Below, piece after piece: positions 1 to 14,446 of a DNA stretch of 64,000 bases; positions within the stretch are counted from its first letter, which is position 1; every line of letters starts with the position of its first letter. Under the pieces are notes generated by a model. That model searched no databases, was not told the origin of the DNA, and worked only from the letters and a program-made list of their open reading frames with translations. Origin of the DNA: Eledone cirrhosa. Taxonomy: Eukaryota. The translations under genes were made by a program, and so were the position numbers. Where the stretch lies: positions 106,516,001-106,580,000 of the forward strand of contig OZ024743.1 in assembly GCA_964016885.1 (NCBI GenBank), given 5' to 3'.

Positions 1-33
1 TCCTTGGATCTTAGGAATTTTACCCGCCCTAGA

Positions 34-69
<36 letters not shown>

Positions 70-126
70 TTGTGTGTGTGTGTGGGGGGCTATGCATGTG
101 TCTGTGAGTGTGTATGCATATATATT

Positions 127-177
<51 letters not shown>

Positions 178-810
178 CGATAGATAGATATGTGTGTATA
201 TATAGATATACGTGTATATATATATACATAAATATTTATATATTTTCATACGCACACACACACACGCACGCACACACACACACACATACACACACATATA
301 TATATACATATATATATATAAACTTCAACATGCATAAACACGTTAACATATAATTATACACTCATACATACAAATTCACTCATCTCAGTGATAAACGAAA
401 ACAGTGCCCGATTCTTTACAAACATACAAAATAACTTCAACGCACATATACAGTACCCCCATTCAAACATACACATACTAGTCCACTAACACATACTACA
501 CGGATTTACTCATAACAGAACTTGACACTTTCCACAATAAAACTTAAAAAACACATACATGATTAATCATACAAAAACACACGTAATATCGACACTAATA
601 TTCTTCATTTTGCATTCGAAAATGGTTAGCGAAACTACCTAAAGTTCTGTCTTATTTACTCTATCTATGCATTGTGATCATGCCTCTGTTTTTGTAGGCT
701 TGAAGAAGGGTTAAAACCCAACACATTGAAATTTCTTTCCTTTTTTCCATATAAAGCTTGAAACTAATAAGACTTTTTATACCTCTATTTGTTGTTTTCT
801 TTAACTATAT

Positions 811-1142
<332 letters not shown>

Positions 1143-1852
1143 ATGTGTATGTGTGAGTGTGTAGGAATTTAAGCTAGAAACTTTAGAAGAATAGTTAATA
1201 TGTCCTGCAGCTTTCACCCTTGGTTACTTGTACTTTACTTTTGTGTAAATACACATTTACATTATATTGCTGTGTGAGAAATAAAGGAATTGCCGCTGGC
1301 TTGATTTCTGTCAAATGGATCAAAAGCTTTTTCGCTTCCAACATTGATATATTTAGTATAATCCAAATCATCTAAGATTTAATGATAGGACCTCAAGTGA
1401 ACATTTCAGAATGGTGAGTTAATGATTATTATTATGACGACTACAATGAATATGGTGATACGATTCCTGCTGTTGATGTTGCCTATGGCGTCCATGTTGA
1501 TGAGCATGATGGTGATGCTGTCGCTAATAATGATCATGAACCTGAACATAGGAAGGCTGCTGCTGTTGCTGCTGATAATATTTGTTGTGATAATGATAAG
1601 AAAGATCAGCAACAGTGAATTGTATTATTACAGTATCAACATCAGCAAAAATAATAATATGATTATAATGATGAAAAGAACAATAAATACATCTAATACT
1701 AGATGTAGAGGAAAACAAGTGTAGATGATGCTGAATGGAAGGACGATGTTGTGGGAAAACTTAAATAAGTAACAGTAAAAGGCCACCAAATAATCAACCC
1801 AACACAGATTCTGGAAAAAGTCAGATATAGAATTATAAATATATTAAGTAAT

Positions 1853-2042
1853 AATTGTTTCTACTTTTGGCGCAAGGTCAGCAAATACCCAGTGCATTAC
1901 TGGTACTTTATTTTATCGAACCCGTAAGGATGAAAGGCAAAATTATACTCGGCGGGATTTGAACTCAGAATGGCAAGGACCGTAACTATATGCCTCAAAG
2001 CATGGCGTCCGACCCTCTACCAATACTGCCAATCCACCACCC
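1853..2042 (-). mobile_element. tRNA-derived SINE (Octopus-type family)
   Basis: Minus strand has A-box-like TGGCAGTATTGG and B-box GAGTTCAAATC, then the conserved body (ttgcctttcatccttacggg..tcgataaaataaagtacc) shared by >10 copies in the window. Confidence 0.85.
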
Positions 2043-4578
2043 TCATATATTAAGTAATAATGGTAGGTGTTGATGCGGATTACGAAACTAAATCGTGAGT
2101 ATCAATAAGTGCAAATATTGTTTATCTAATAACCTCAGTCAGCTACAAAGGGAAAGCTATATTCATTAATTGATACATCTATCTAGACATACTGAAAACA
2201 GTTCAAACATATTTCCTGCTCGAATTGGTGATACATTTTTTTTTTAAATACATATTTACGGACAAACTGAAGTCTATATAAATAAAATGAATAAATACAC
2301 ATTTGATATGTATATAATACAATACTATCTCGATATAAGTTATTTCATTCCGTTTTGAAACACTAAATATTGCATGACATGAATACGTTTATGCGATAGT
2401 GTGTTTGTTGATGGTGTTTTTAGGAATAGTATCGTTGTTATTTCTTTTATATAAATGCTTAAATATTTTCCTGACATCACTAAACAAATTCACGTCATAT
2501 ATTATATCTAGTAGTATACATACATTTACTTTTCCATTGGATCCTGGGAGCGATATCCTCTTTCTGGAATTTTTTTGGAACACATCAAGAAGTATTTCGA
2601 CAGAGACGTTAAAATGGCGCCTGGAATATTTCACGTTATTTCAGCTTACTGGTGTCTCTGTTCAGATCTCGCCGACTTTAATGTTCCCATTATCCTCTCT
2701 AGGTTAATGTATAAAATAACCGTCCAGTTCTAGTGTCGATTTCTTCTCTACATTCTTTTCAGAATTCAACTCTCTCGCTCTTACTCTCTCCTTCTCTGAA
2801 AGAAATCGGCTCTATTAAATACTGGTGAGCGATGGGCTCCGCTAGCATTAAATGACCAAGGCATGCTCTACGGTATTACCGAGTCTCTGTGATTCACGAG
2901 GAATTAGATGCTCAGACAAGAATTTTATTAAATTCATCATAAGTAATACATGTTTAGTACCTAGTAATTATAGGGATATGATAGTAAAGTGTTCAATAAT
3001 GTCTATAAGTTTGAATTATGTGTTTCCTTATCTATCTGTATTTAGATATTTCACTAATTCACAATACTAATCTTACTCTCGCAATTCATATGATCGTAAA
3101 TCTGTAAGACATGACTAAATGTTGAATTATACTTTAATTTTAACTTGTCTTACAACGTTGAAAGCACTCCTCGTAATATTGCCTACTAGTGTTATTAAAA
3201 TATGTGATGTACTACATATAGTCTCGAGGCACCTATTATTATCTATACTGTTTGTTTCCCCGACTCTGCCATATAATTGTTATCTCTATTTTCGGTTGTT
3301 TATCATGAGAACATTTATTGTCTGTTGGGAATGCTACATCCAGCAGCGAGCAATTCCTTCTAAGGGTGTCCTTGACAAAAATGTCCAGTCGATTTTTCTT
3401 ATTCTTTGTTTTCTTCTTGTTATTCTTTCTCTATGTTTTTCTTTGTTTTTTTCTGTTTCTATTTTTCTTTTTTTTTCCGTTTCGTTCTCCTTCATCTTCT
3501 TCTAAATATTGTAATAGTGGTATTGCTGCTAGTAGAGGTTTTTATAGCTAATATACATTATTGTCAAACGCCATACAAATATAGTGAACGACTAAACAGC
3601 AAATATCTATGCAATTGCAAATACTTCGTGCATATACTTCTATTGTGTGTGTGCGTGTGTATTTATGTGTAAATTGTGAAGATGCGTATATTAATGTAAT
3701 ATAATTAATGTTTTTATTTCTTTTCCTGTAGAGAAAATCTACCCTAGGACATGTGTTCTCTCTGGGGAAACTAATTCCTACATCTTGTCATTTCAGCATG
3801 TTTTTTTTTTATTTGCAGCCAATTCATTTTCCATTACATCCAATGATTCTACAATCAAATGTTTGTATTTCGACTACTTATTTTTCACTCTCTCAAGCCT
3901 TTTTTATTAGCCTTTCCTTTTCTCTCATCATCTTTCTCTTTCAATCTATCTTTCTATCTACCTATCTATTCCTCCCTCTTTCTGTCATTCCTTGTTATAT
4001 TTTATTACGATATACATGGCATTTAAATCATAGAAAATGATACTTTTTTAAAATGATTTATAGCTATATTAAGTCAGTTAGACAAGACGCCACTGTTATT
4101 ATATATTGCTATATCCTGCAATGCTGTTACAACTGTTTTCTGTAACTTGTATTTGTACAACGCTTAAGAATTTACCTGGGATTATCCAGCATCTTAACGG
4201 TTGCTATTCACATATTCTTACTTGCTTGGTATTTACATACTAACTGGATACCTAATTCAAACCAAGAATATCCAGATAGAAAGAAATGTTTCGCAATGTA
4301 ATATGCGGTTATCTATACTAGCATAGATATTTCAGCGGATTCACTCTTGAGTTGTATTTTTAGCAGTTTTAATCTTTCCAAAGCGTCCATCTTTTTTCCA
4401 TGATTATATTCGATGAAACTCAAACTAGAATTTATTTTATAGTACTATTTTTCATGTTTCATCTAGTTATTTAAGATAAGGTTCACGAACAACAACAGCC
4501 TTGAAGCAGTGCTCTTATGTAAAAAGCATCCACCCAATTGTAGTCAAACACAAACACAAATATACAGATACACACATG

Positions 4579-4641
<63 letters not shown>

Positions 4642-4699
4642 TTTAGAAAACCTAAGAGAAACCCAAACATAAGGACAATTGCCGGTCTTTAGCTGTCTG

Positions 4700-4942
4700 C
4701 TTGGGTCGCTAATTGTGTTTAGTTGACTGTATATCTGGTCGATTTTTACATGCTGTCGAAATGTTAGATAAATAATCTATTGTAGCCACCGCGAAGGGGC
4801 TGATTTCGGTTATTTGTGGAAGATTTTTTCATAGGAGCCTTTATTCTTATAGCTTGGTCTAATTGTTTTTTATATGGTTAATTATACTAATTGGGAGAGG
4901 AAATGGTATATATTATATCTAGTGATTCTAAAGACATGTTAT
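4700..4942 (+). mobile_element. Diverged relative of the family G cassette tail
   Basis: ttcataggagcctttattcttatagcttggtctaattg...gggagaggaaatggtatatat aligns by eye to 63103-63200. Bounded by (TA)n. Confidence 0.55.
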
Positions 4943-4943
4943 A

Positions 4944-4996
<53 letters not shown>

Positions 4997-5169
4997 TATA
5001 TATATATATGGGGGCGGGAGGGTGTCTGTGTGTTTGTGTGTAGTAACCAATAAAACAATGGTTAGGTAGAATTATATCATTTAATAATTATTCACAGTTT
5101 GCACCAAAAGGAAAGAAACATAATAACATTTATTTTTCGTATCGGCAACATAGCATTATATGGAATCAA

Positions 5170-5360
5170 GGGTGGTGGATTGGCAGTATCGGGAGGCAAT
5201 CGGACGCTATGCTTTGCAGCATAGAGTTACGCCCCTTTACGGTATGAGTTCCAATCCCGCCGAGGTTAACTTTGCCTTTCATCCCACGGGGTCGATAAAA
5301 CAAAGTACAAGTCATACACTTGGTAATTACTGGCCTTGTGCCAAAAAGTAGAAACAATTA
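5170..5360 (+). mobile_element. tRNA-derived SINE
   Basis: ggtggtggattggcagtatcgg...gagttccaatcccgccgaggttaactttgcctttcatcc...gtgccaaaagtagaaacaatta. Confidence 0.85.
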
Positions 5361-5757
5361 TATGGAATCAAAAAATAAAAATGAAAATTTATAATTAAAA
5401 TAAATTAAAATGATGCTTTCGTGTATTACCCGTTACATACATTTCAGTAGTGAGAAATATAAAATGTATACAAGAAACACATAAACTGGGAGAAGTTGGG
5501 AGGAGGAACGCCCACTATGAATATGTTTAATAAGACACTGGCTTCTTACAATAAGTCAACATGTAGACATTGTTTTTAATTTGGTCGTAACATAAGGATG
5601 ATGACTAATTATAACTGTGTGAAAACTACTCCCCATGGAGGGACTCATTCATGAAATTTTAGAAATAATTATATATACATAATATATATATATATATATG
5701 TGTGTGTCTGTATATATATATATCTATAAATATATACGTGTATATATATATATATAT

Positions 5758-6458
5758 AATAACTAGAAATTGATTAACTTATAAATAAACATGAATAATC
5801 ACAGGAGATAGTTTTTACAAGGGTGTAACCACACATAGCTAGGTAGTTAACTAAATAAAGTTGATCAGAACTTCAAAAATACATACCTTATAATATGATT
5901 AATCTTCCCTGTATATATTCCATTAAAGAAATATATTTCACCAATTAATCGGATGATAAACCAGGGAAGTGGACGCTTGGATTTTCAACAAGGAAGAAGG
6001 TCCAGCGATCCGTGTTTACACTTCAAGATCAAATCATCGACTGGCCAGCACCACGTGTTATATCTACTAGAAATACACACATCATACTAGCTTCGTCCTA
6101 GTGGCGTGAATAGGGTTATCGACAACTAGAAACAGCAGTCGAGTCCTTTCAACAGAGTTAGCTCTTAAATTAAGGAGCCGTATTTATATATCCATATCCA
6201 AAATTAAGATAAATCAAATTAATTTAATCTAAATCCTACCTAGCTATGTGTGGTCACACACTTGTAAAAATGATCTCCTCTGATTATTCTTGTTTATTTA
6301 TATGTTAATCAATTTCTAGTTATTATAAAATGGTCGGACCTACTCGTTAGAATCTTAGAGCTTATTTTACGGGTGATATGGCGCATGTCTTTCTGATATG
6401 ACACCCATAATTTTGATTTAGATTAAATTCATTTGACTTATCTTAATTATGGATATTG
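5758..6458. mobile_element. Family B non-coding hammerhead cassette with inversion, between (TA)n tracts
   Basis: Inverted arms ~5758-5845 / ~6240-6325. Homologous to 42187-43222. Confidence 0.75.
5903..5997 (-). ncRNA. Type I hammerhead ribozyme, U3-A8 variant core (family B)
   Basis: Minus strand: TCTTCCTTG-TTGAAAA-TCCAA...TTGGT-GAAA-TATATTTC tttaat GGAATATA-TA^CAGGGAAGA. Helix I is 9 bp and helix III is long. Confidence 0.7.
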
Positions 6459-6471
6459 ATATATATATATA

Positions 6472-6674
6472 TAGGAAAAAGTATGATCCCGACGGCAGAG
6501 CTCAAGCCGTTTCAACTGCTATTTCTGGACTCGAAATAGTCCAGAAATAGCCGTCGAAACGGCTTGAGCTCTGCCGTCGGGGTCATACTTTTTCCTATTT
6601 CCCACTCTACTACCCTAAGTATTGAGTACTCTGGTGCGTTATCGTCCATCTGATTCCTTACCACAATTCCTTTG

Positions 6675-6677
<3 letters not shown>
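6472..6677 (+). mobile_element. Family A fold-back cassette (hammerhead 3' half GAAAC-GGC..GCC-GTC^GGGGTC plus tail)
   Basis: Inverted repeat 6472-6598 centred near 6535, followed by a tail with TATTGAGTAC. Flanked by (TA)n on both sides. Confidence 0.75.
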
Positions 6678-6713
<36 letters not shown>

Positions 6714-6718
6714 TATAA

Positions 6719-7160
6719 AAGTTTATCCCGGGTTCAATCAGGCGTAACCATAGTAAGTAATGTACTCAATACAAGGCAAAGTATAAATATTTAATATAGA
6801 AAGGCTTCTTCAGGAATAGAACTATTTCATTCGGGGAGAAATATATGTGTGCGTGTGTGCTTGTAGACATCAGGCCAAAGGTATTATTAGCTTAAGTGAA
6901 ACTTAAAAATCAGGAGTGGCAACCCCAGAGTGAACCTCACTTTAGAATTCTTTCTGCCTTTGTTATTCTAAATATAGATTTTAAAGAATTCCCTTTCCTT
7001 TAAACCCATCAACCAATGACCTCCACCCGTCCCAATCACCACGCTCTCCTACCACCAGAAAAGATACAAATACCACCACATTACTTGGACGGATAGTCGG
7101 CTTGCTGATGATGTCTCCTGAATGAAACAGTTCTAGTCCTGTAGAAGCCTTTCTATATTA
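6719..7160 (+). mobile_element. Family J cassette with degenerate hammerhead (CTGATGA 7105, GAAAC 7124, GTC 7136)
   Basis: Inverted arms ~6792-6840 / ~7113-7160. Homologous to 39070-39568. Flanked by (TA)n. Confidence 0.6.
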
Positions 7161-7181
7161 TATATATTATATATATATATA

Positions 7182-7267
<86 letters not shown>

Positions 7268-7272
<5 letters not shown>

Positions 7273-7467
7273 CGTTTTTTCCCGTTCTTTGCCAGCTAAC
7301 GTTACCACGAACCAAAGTATCGTCTTCCTGTCTTCCTGCGGTTGCAACGTTTTTTGAAATATCCAGTTCTGCGTTTACAGATTGACTTTGTTAGTTTCAG
7401 AAGATCCCGTTAAGGGTGAAAGCAGCGATTCTTTGCTTAAACTTTAATCTGTTATTTTAATAAATAT
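7268..7467 (+). mobile_element. Family E cassette (hammerhead-like C.GAAGA-TCCC-gttaa-GGGT-GAAA)
   Basis: 7398-7467 is nearly identical to 29127-29196. Bounded by (TA)n. Confidence 0.6.
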
Positions 7468-7525
7468 ATATATATATATATATATATGCTATATTTTGTG
7501 TTATTCACTTTCTTCTATTAAATAT

Positions 7526-7611
<86 letters not shown>

Positions 7612-7617
<6 letters not shown>

Positions 7618-8078
7618 AGATCAAAAGATGGTTAAAGGAGTTCCATGTATTTTATTATGCGCATTTCAAAAACAAACATCATCATGCAATAATATTTGTG
7701 TTTTCATCAGATAAAAACAGGAGAACATGATATGAAGGCTAAAAAACACTTGTGGATAGTGCAGTTTTAAATCTACATATGAAAAGTGGTTTTAGATTGA
7801 TGTGTGATATTGGGAAAAATATTTTCATATGTAGATTTAAAACTGCACTATCCACAAGTGTTTTTTAGCCTTCATATCATGTTCTCCTGTTTTTATCTGA
7901 TGAAAACAGAAATATTATTACATGATGATGTTTGTTTTTGAAATGCGCATAATAAAATACATGGAACTCCTTTAACCATCTTTTGATCTTATATTATGCA
8001 TACTCCAGTCCTACAAACTGTAGAGTGCTTCTTATCCGATATCTGCATTGCTTTATTGTACTACAATAAAACTCACCT

Positions 8079-8082
<4 letters not shown>
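7612..8082. mobile_element. Family C fold-back cassette with two opposed hammerheads
   Basis: ~175-bp near-perfect inverted arms 7612-7785 / 7822-7995 plus ~85-bp tail. (TA)n on both sides. Third copy at 56361. Confidence 0.8.
7891..7957 (+). ncRNA. Type I hammerhead ribozyme, long helix II (family C); inverted twin at 7650-7716
   Basis: TTTTAT-CTGATGA-[AAAC..AATATTATT.CAT.GATGATGTTTGTTTTT]-GAAA-TGCGCA-TA^ATAAAA. Helix III is the palindrome ATGCGCAT. Confidence 0.75.
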
Positions 8083-8118
<36 letters not shown>

Positions 8119-8125
<7 letters not shown>

Positions 8126-8457
8126 GTGAGGATTTCTTTACAAAATGAAAAAAAAAACGAGGTGTCCTACACGAGGGAAGTATAAGGAAAAAAGATGAAA
8201 TCGAAAATACAATTAAAGTTGTTTTTTTTTAATATATTTATCTGTTTCCTTTACCGGTTTCCCAGTTCTTGTGCTTTTCAAAAGTAGAATTGAGATGGAC
8301 GGTTTGTGGGTTTTTTCACATCAGATGTGAAAAGAACCACAAACCGTCCATCTCAATTCTACTTTTGAAAACCACAAGAACTGGGAAACCGGTAAAGGAA
8401 ACAGATAAATATATTTAAAAAAAAAGCTCTAGTTGGATTTTCGATTTCACCTTTTTT

Positions 8458-8462
<5 letters not shown>
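8119..8462. mobile_element. Family D fold-back cassette with U3-A8 minimal hammerheads (8248-8285 minus, 8361-8398 plus)
   Basis: Palindrome centred on TTCACATC-A-GATGTGAA (~8323). Motif TTGAAAA-stem-GAAACCGGTA^AAGG. Homolog at 61012. Confidence 0.75.
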
Positions 8463-8528
<66 letters not shown>

Positions 8529-8947
8529 TATACGGGTGTGTGTGTGTTTGTGTGTGTGCGTGCGTGTGCGCGTATATGAATATGGGTTTGTGTGTGTCTG
8601 GCATGAGTGGTACTATTAAACGATAATATGAAATGGAATTGTATAAACGTGTAAAGTTGAAGAATAATAAGGTTGTAGATCACGTCAATTTAAATATAAA
8701 TATTTCTTATACAAATTTATAAAAACATCATGCGTAATAGCAGATATACTGATTTTACATACAATCGCGCGAACTTCATTACTAATGTACATATATAAAT
8801 ATACATACAAATATAAATATACATACAAATATAAATAAACATACAAATGCATGTGTGAGTGTGTATATATATTATATATATATACACAAACAAACACATA
8901 CATGCATGAATTAATACAAACTATGAGTGTCGGAGAAATGTTTTCCA

Positions 8948-9129
8948 TGGCAGTATCGGTAGAGGGTCGGACGCCATGCTTTGACGCATAAAATTACGGC
9001 CCTTGTCATTCTGAGTTCAAATTCCGCCGAGGTTAACTTTGCTTTTCAACTTTACGGGGTCGATAAAATAAAGTTACCACTAATGCACTGAGTCATTGCT
9101 GGCCTTGTGCCAAAAGTAGAAACAATTAT
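8948..9129 (+). mobile_element. tRNA-derived SINE
   Basis: tggcagtatcggtagagggtcgg...gagttcaaattccgccgagg...aaagtagaaacaatta. Confidence 0.85.
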
Positions 9130-9518
9130 ATAGGTTTGATTGCACCCTGGTAAATCCAAAGTCGGGAATGGCCATAATAAAATAGAAGAGATAAGAAATG
9201 TGAGAAAAAGGGATTATGGGTAGTTGCAGCATTGTATGGGTGCGTGTTTGAGTGTGTGGGATTGTGTGTTTGCGTGTGGGTGATTGTGATGGCAGAGCCC
9301 TATGTTAGAACTAGGATATTGGGGTGTGTTAAATGTTGAAGGAGTGTGTGGCGGCTGAGGGAGAGAGTCGTTGCGACTTAGTCGGCGCCGTACTGACGGT
9401 GTGACGTTGGCTGTGATGTTGCTGTTGTTGCTGGTGGTGGTGGTTATATATATATATAAATATATTTATTCATTTATTTATTTATTTACATATGTACATA
9501 TATATATATATGTATATG

Positions 9519-9558
<40 letters not shown>

Positions 9559-10270
9559 ATGTTTTCTTTTGCGTTTTATTTACGGATATATTCCATACTG
9601 GATATGTTTAGATGTGTTGCTCTAGTCATGGATGGTTATCTTTTACTTTAAATGTTAACGACATTTATTACAGAATGAAACATTTTACGGCAGTCGCAGA
9701 AATTTAACCTAAATAATCTAGTGGGGAGTTAACAGCTTCTCGCATATGAGGAAATTGCTGAGATAGATATATGTCTCATATTCCAGAAATGACACCCTGC
9801 CACAAAATTACTTGCCTCGAGTACAACTTATATTGTGCTAAATTTCTTTCAAATTGTACAAATATTGTTTCATAAAAAAAATTCAGTAGATTTCTAAACT
9901 TTTAACATGTGCAAAAGGAGAAGTCTACACTTATAAGTTTTGTCAAAAAATTAATTTCATCTTTGAACGTAACAAATAACAAAAAGAAATTGACTTAATT
10001 TCCTTTCATAAACTCTTTTAAATATATATTGTGTATGCTGTAAAACAGCATACACGTAAAACGCGTAAACCAAAATTACATGAAAATATGTTTGTGATTA
10101 TATAGAAACATGATGTTAAATAATTGACCAAAAATATGTACAAAGACATATTTTTTATCTAAATTATTATACAACGGCTATACGGTGGTATGACAAAATG
10201 ATTTGTGGCTTTTAGCTTTCTAGTTTCTGATTTTAAGTAATACCAATATTTACTTTGATTATATCCTTAA

Positions 10271-10701
10271 TAATGGTTTCTTATATAGGCATAAGTACAG
10301 CAAATTTGGGTGAGTGGAAAGTCGATTAAATCGACCCCTGTGCGTGACAAGTACTTTATTTTATCGAACCCGTAAGGATAAAACGCAATGTTAACCTCGG
10401 CGAATTTTGAACTCCCATCATAGAGGGCCGTAACTCTATGCTGCGAAGCATGGCGTCCGACCGTCTACCGATATTGCCAATCCATTGCTCTACTACTTAT
10501 ATCCTTAATAATTGTTTCTACTTTTGGCACAAGGCCAGTAATTACCCCAGTGCATTACTGGTACTTTATTTTATCGACCCCGTAAGGAGGAAAGGCAAAG
10601 TTAACCTCGGCAGGATTTGAACTCAGACCGTAAATGGGCGTAACTCGATGCTACAAAGCATGGCGTCCGCCCCTCTACCGATACTGCCAATCGACCGCCC
10701 C
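10271..10701 (-). mobile_element. Two tandem tRNA-derived SINE copies (~10271-10488, ~10508-10701)
   Basis: Two repeats of gtactttattttatcga.cccgtaagga...tttgaactc...aagcatggcgtcc...tgccaatc. Confidence 0.85.
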
Positions 10702-11085
10702 TTTTATCCTTATATACTTAATAATAGTCATATAAATAAACACACCTCACGAATCGAGAGGTTCATTAAAGTTATATCGATGTATATGAAAACTATATTT
10801 GGTCTGTGACACAAAGATTCATTATGTGTAGTATGAAATAAATATGTTTTGCTTCAGAGTAACTAGCAGCATACGTTTTTTTCGGAATGCAATCCAATAC
10901 TTATAATATACATTAAACTAAATATATTACGTCATTTCCTAACATACTCTCACATGTGGGCATTTATGTCAACAAATACATCTCTAAAATGACATAAAAT
11001 TGCTGGTGATCATAAAACTCAATCCCTCTCTTCTTTTCTGTCTATTTTTTCTATCTAAATAGTTCCTATGTTTATATATGAGGAT

Positions 11086-11215
11086 GAGTACATATATATA
11101 TAAGTACATATATAAGTACATATATATATAAGTACATATATAAGTACATATATATATATCTAAGTACATATATAAGTACATATATATATAAGTACATATA
11201 TATAAGTACATACAT
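11086..11215. repeat. Minisatellite of TAAGTACA(TA)n units
   Basis: About 8 consecutive taagtacatata(ta)n units. Confidence 0.8.
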
Positions 11216-11410
11216 ATATACATATGTATGTATATATATATATTATATATATTATATACATCAATATATATATATATACACATATGTATATATGTTATAT
11301 ATGTATATATGTACTTATCCTCCTCCTCATTTCCATCATTTCCATCACATCACTCAAAACGAATACTGAATTGTATGTACATATGTATGCGTGTATGTAT
11401 ATATGCATGC

Positions 11411-11474
<64 letters not shown>

Positions 11475-11554
11475 GTGTGTATGTGTTTAAATAACGTTAT
11501 GTATATCCACATACACGAGCTATATATATACATATATATATAGATATATATATG

Positions 11555-11594
<40 letters not shown>

Positions 11595-11682
11595 TGTATA
11601 CATAAACATATGATGCGTGTGTATAAACATAATATTGATCTATGTTTCTGGGCACATAACCATTCGCATGCAACTGTCTAAA

Positions 11683-11728
<46 letters not shown>

Positions 11729-13994
11729 ATATATATATATATATGACAAAGCAGAACGAAAAAATGTAGACAAATAGAAGAAATGTTTTAGAAAAATCTT
11801 AATCGCATATCCTGTATGTCTTACCATTTCCTCTCAATATACCATCCGCAATTTCTTCTTCAAAGCTCAGGAAGGAATTGATCTTGCGATGAGAGTACAG
11901 GAAGGAATATAAGATAATAAAAAGAAAAATGAAACAAATACAGAAAATTCGTAAGATACTTAATCATAAGTGTTATAATCTTTTAGTTATATATTACTTG
12001 CCAGTCCAAATACTATGTATATTAGTAAGCATAGCTATTAAATATTATCGTTTTGATAAAGTTTTGCGGGTCTCTGTATTATCGATTCTATTAAAAATGA
12101 AAAGAAGTAAATAAACACCACGTAACTACTTACTTTTATATGTTGCAAGAGTTTATCGATCACTAAATAACTTAGGAGTATAACATCAAACAATCTGTTA
12201 CTATTGCAAAATTATATATCCGTTTCTCCGAGGACAAGAAAAAAAAAGAAAGGATCAGAGTAAGGGAAAAAAAATGCTATATTTTCTATAGATACCGAAT
12301 GAAAGTAGAAGATTTCCCAAGATGAATGTAATATCGACTATTTCATGGTAACTGCATGGTATGAGCTATTTACCGATAACAACATTTGTTGTACATCAAC
12401 GTGAGGTAGTTTGGGTATGAACGATGATTTTGCGTTGAAAGAAATATAAGATGTTGAGAGTAACTGTCTTATATTAACTTCTTTAAAATAATTAATGGTT
12501 TCATTTAACTACGCATAAAGGGCCTTCTATATTTCGAAGCATATTTTATAAAGTTGTAGCAGGAGCAATACTGTATATTTCAGGCCACGGGAAATGTTTT
12601 CTATTTCTTTAAAAAATATCAATATTAATAAAAGACATACACATACTTCACAAAATTACGAAACACGTAAATGTTAGGTCCCCAAAGATGTTTGGGAATG
12701 ATCTCAAATCCCCTTCATTTACCCACGATTTTCTCTTCAGGTACAAAAACCGTTAGAAATGTTAAAATCAAAGAGAATATACTGAGTGGTGTGACATTAT
12801 CTACTGACAGGGCATCTGAGAGTAATTTTATCAGCAAGTATAATGTCTTAGTGCCCAAGTCTATTGTGAATGGCGGTAATTAAAATATGTATAATGGATA
12901 ATGAGATCCTGAGCAAAATTTGACCCTGAATAAAAATAGATGGTTAGGGTTGGAATTCAAATGACCATCGAACAACCTAGTCAAAGTTGAGTACATGAGC
13001 CATCAATAAAAGATGATTTATAAACAAAGCTTCCATACTATTATTAGAGAAAGATGTACATTTATATTAAGTCATCAAAGTGGAGACAATCTTCTCCACA
13101 GTAATATTGATTTTAAACAGTAGTATTAACACTGATAGAGTGTAAATCCTAATTGAGTTGCATATGGGATCATATACGATATTTTTACATATAATAAACA
13201 TACTTTTAGCCTATCTAAGACATTTTAAAAAAGCTGTAATCATGCCACCGCTACCTCAACAAAAATGGGACAAAACCTGACTGCACTGTATCAGTTTTAT
13301 TTGGGGTGGGGGTGAGGAGGGGAGGAGCTTAATCCCTTGTTGTTCAGACAAAGATAAGCTGACATGATCACTGGCAATTACAAGAATTTCAACGAGGCAA
13401 AAACGGATATTTGTTATACTTAAACATACGTGTATGATCCCATATACAACCCTATTAATGTTGCTCCTAATATTTAAGACTTAAGTGATAGTAGGAACGA
13501 CATCTCGTACACTTCTTTTCTAAGGTCCACAAGGTTAGTGGTTGGAAGGGATTACGTACACTTCGATTTTCCGAAGACTCTTGGCTGCTTGAAAAAAATG
13601 ATCTTGAAAATATAACGCTCGCTCAAATATGGGAGACATAATCTTCGCTTTAAATTCTGATGTGGTTAATTAAATAAATTATAAATCTAGATTGTTTGGA
13701 TTCTTAAAACATCAGAATTGATAGCTTATAGTGTTAGAACCGAGTTTCCACATTTTGGTTTTTTCGTTGTGTTTATTCGAGGTCAGTCTATTCAATCCAT
13801 CCGTTTATGTCTGGTTTGAAGTTTACCTATTCCATTCCATCCTTAATTCTCACGGAAATGAATGCAAGGTGGTGACTTTTTTCTATTATTAGAATTATAA
13901 ATATAAACAAAATCGGTTTGGCGTAGAATAGTACGCACTTCAAGGACATTTATATATATATATATACACACACACACACGCACACACACACACA

Positions 13995-14104
<110 letters not shown>

Positions 14105-14120
14105 CTTGCTTATCTGCGTT

Positions 14121-14151
<31 letters not shown>

Positions 14152-14259
14152 ATACATATATAAACGCAGATAAGCAAGTATGACTGTCAAATACATACAT
14201 CTGAAGGTAGATATACCTAGAATAAAAGCAAAGTAATTATAGAATGTTTTATGCTTACA

Positions 14260-14446
14260 TAATTGTTTCTAATTTAGGCACAAGGCCAGCAATTGCTCAG
14301 TGCTCTACTGGTACTTTATTTTATCGACCCCGTAAGGATGAAAGGCAAAGTAAACCTCGGTGGGATTTGAACTCAGACCGTAAATGGACGTAACTATGCT
14401 GGAAAGCATGGCGTCCGACTTTCTACCGATACTGCCAATCCACCGT
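14260..14446 (-). mobile_element. tRNA-derived SINE
   Basis: Full-length copy of the same family. Confidence 0.85.

Noticed and set aside
696-730. TTGAAGA-AGGG-ttaaaa-CCC hammerhead-like remnant
   Set aside because: GAAA and the cleavage triplet are missing. It is too decayed to call.
1406-1724. Met/Ile/Leu-rich ORF resembling a membrane protein
   Set aside because: It is degenerate (ATG/ATA/CTG) trinucleotide low-complexity sequence.
2389-2800. Minus-strand ORF as a possible host exon
   Set aside because: It has no recognisable domain, stops lie upstream, and there are no convincing splice signals.
6130-6147. GAAAC-AGCA-GTC half-hammerhead in family B (also at 42541)
   Set aside because: There is no upstream core or helix I, and it is antisense to the complete family B hammerhead.
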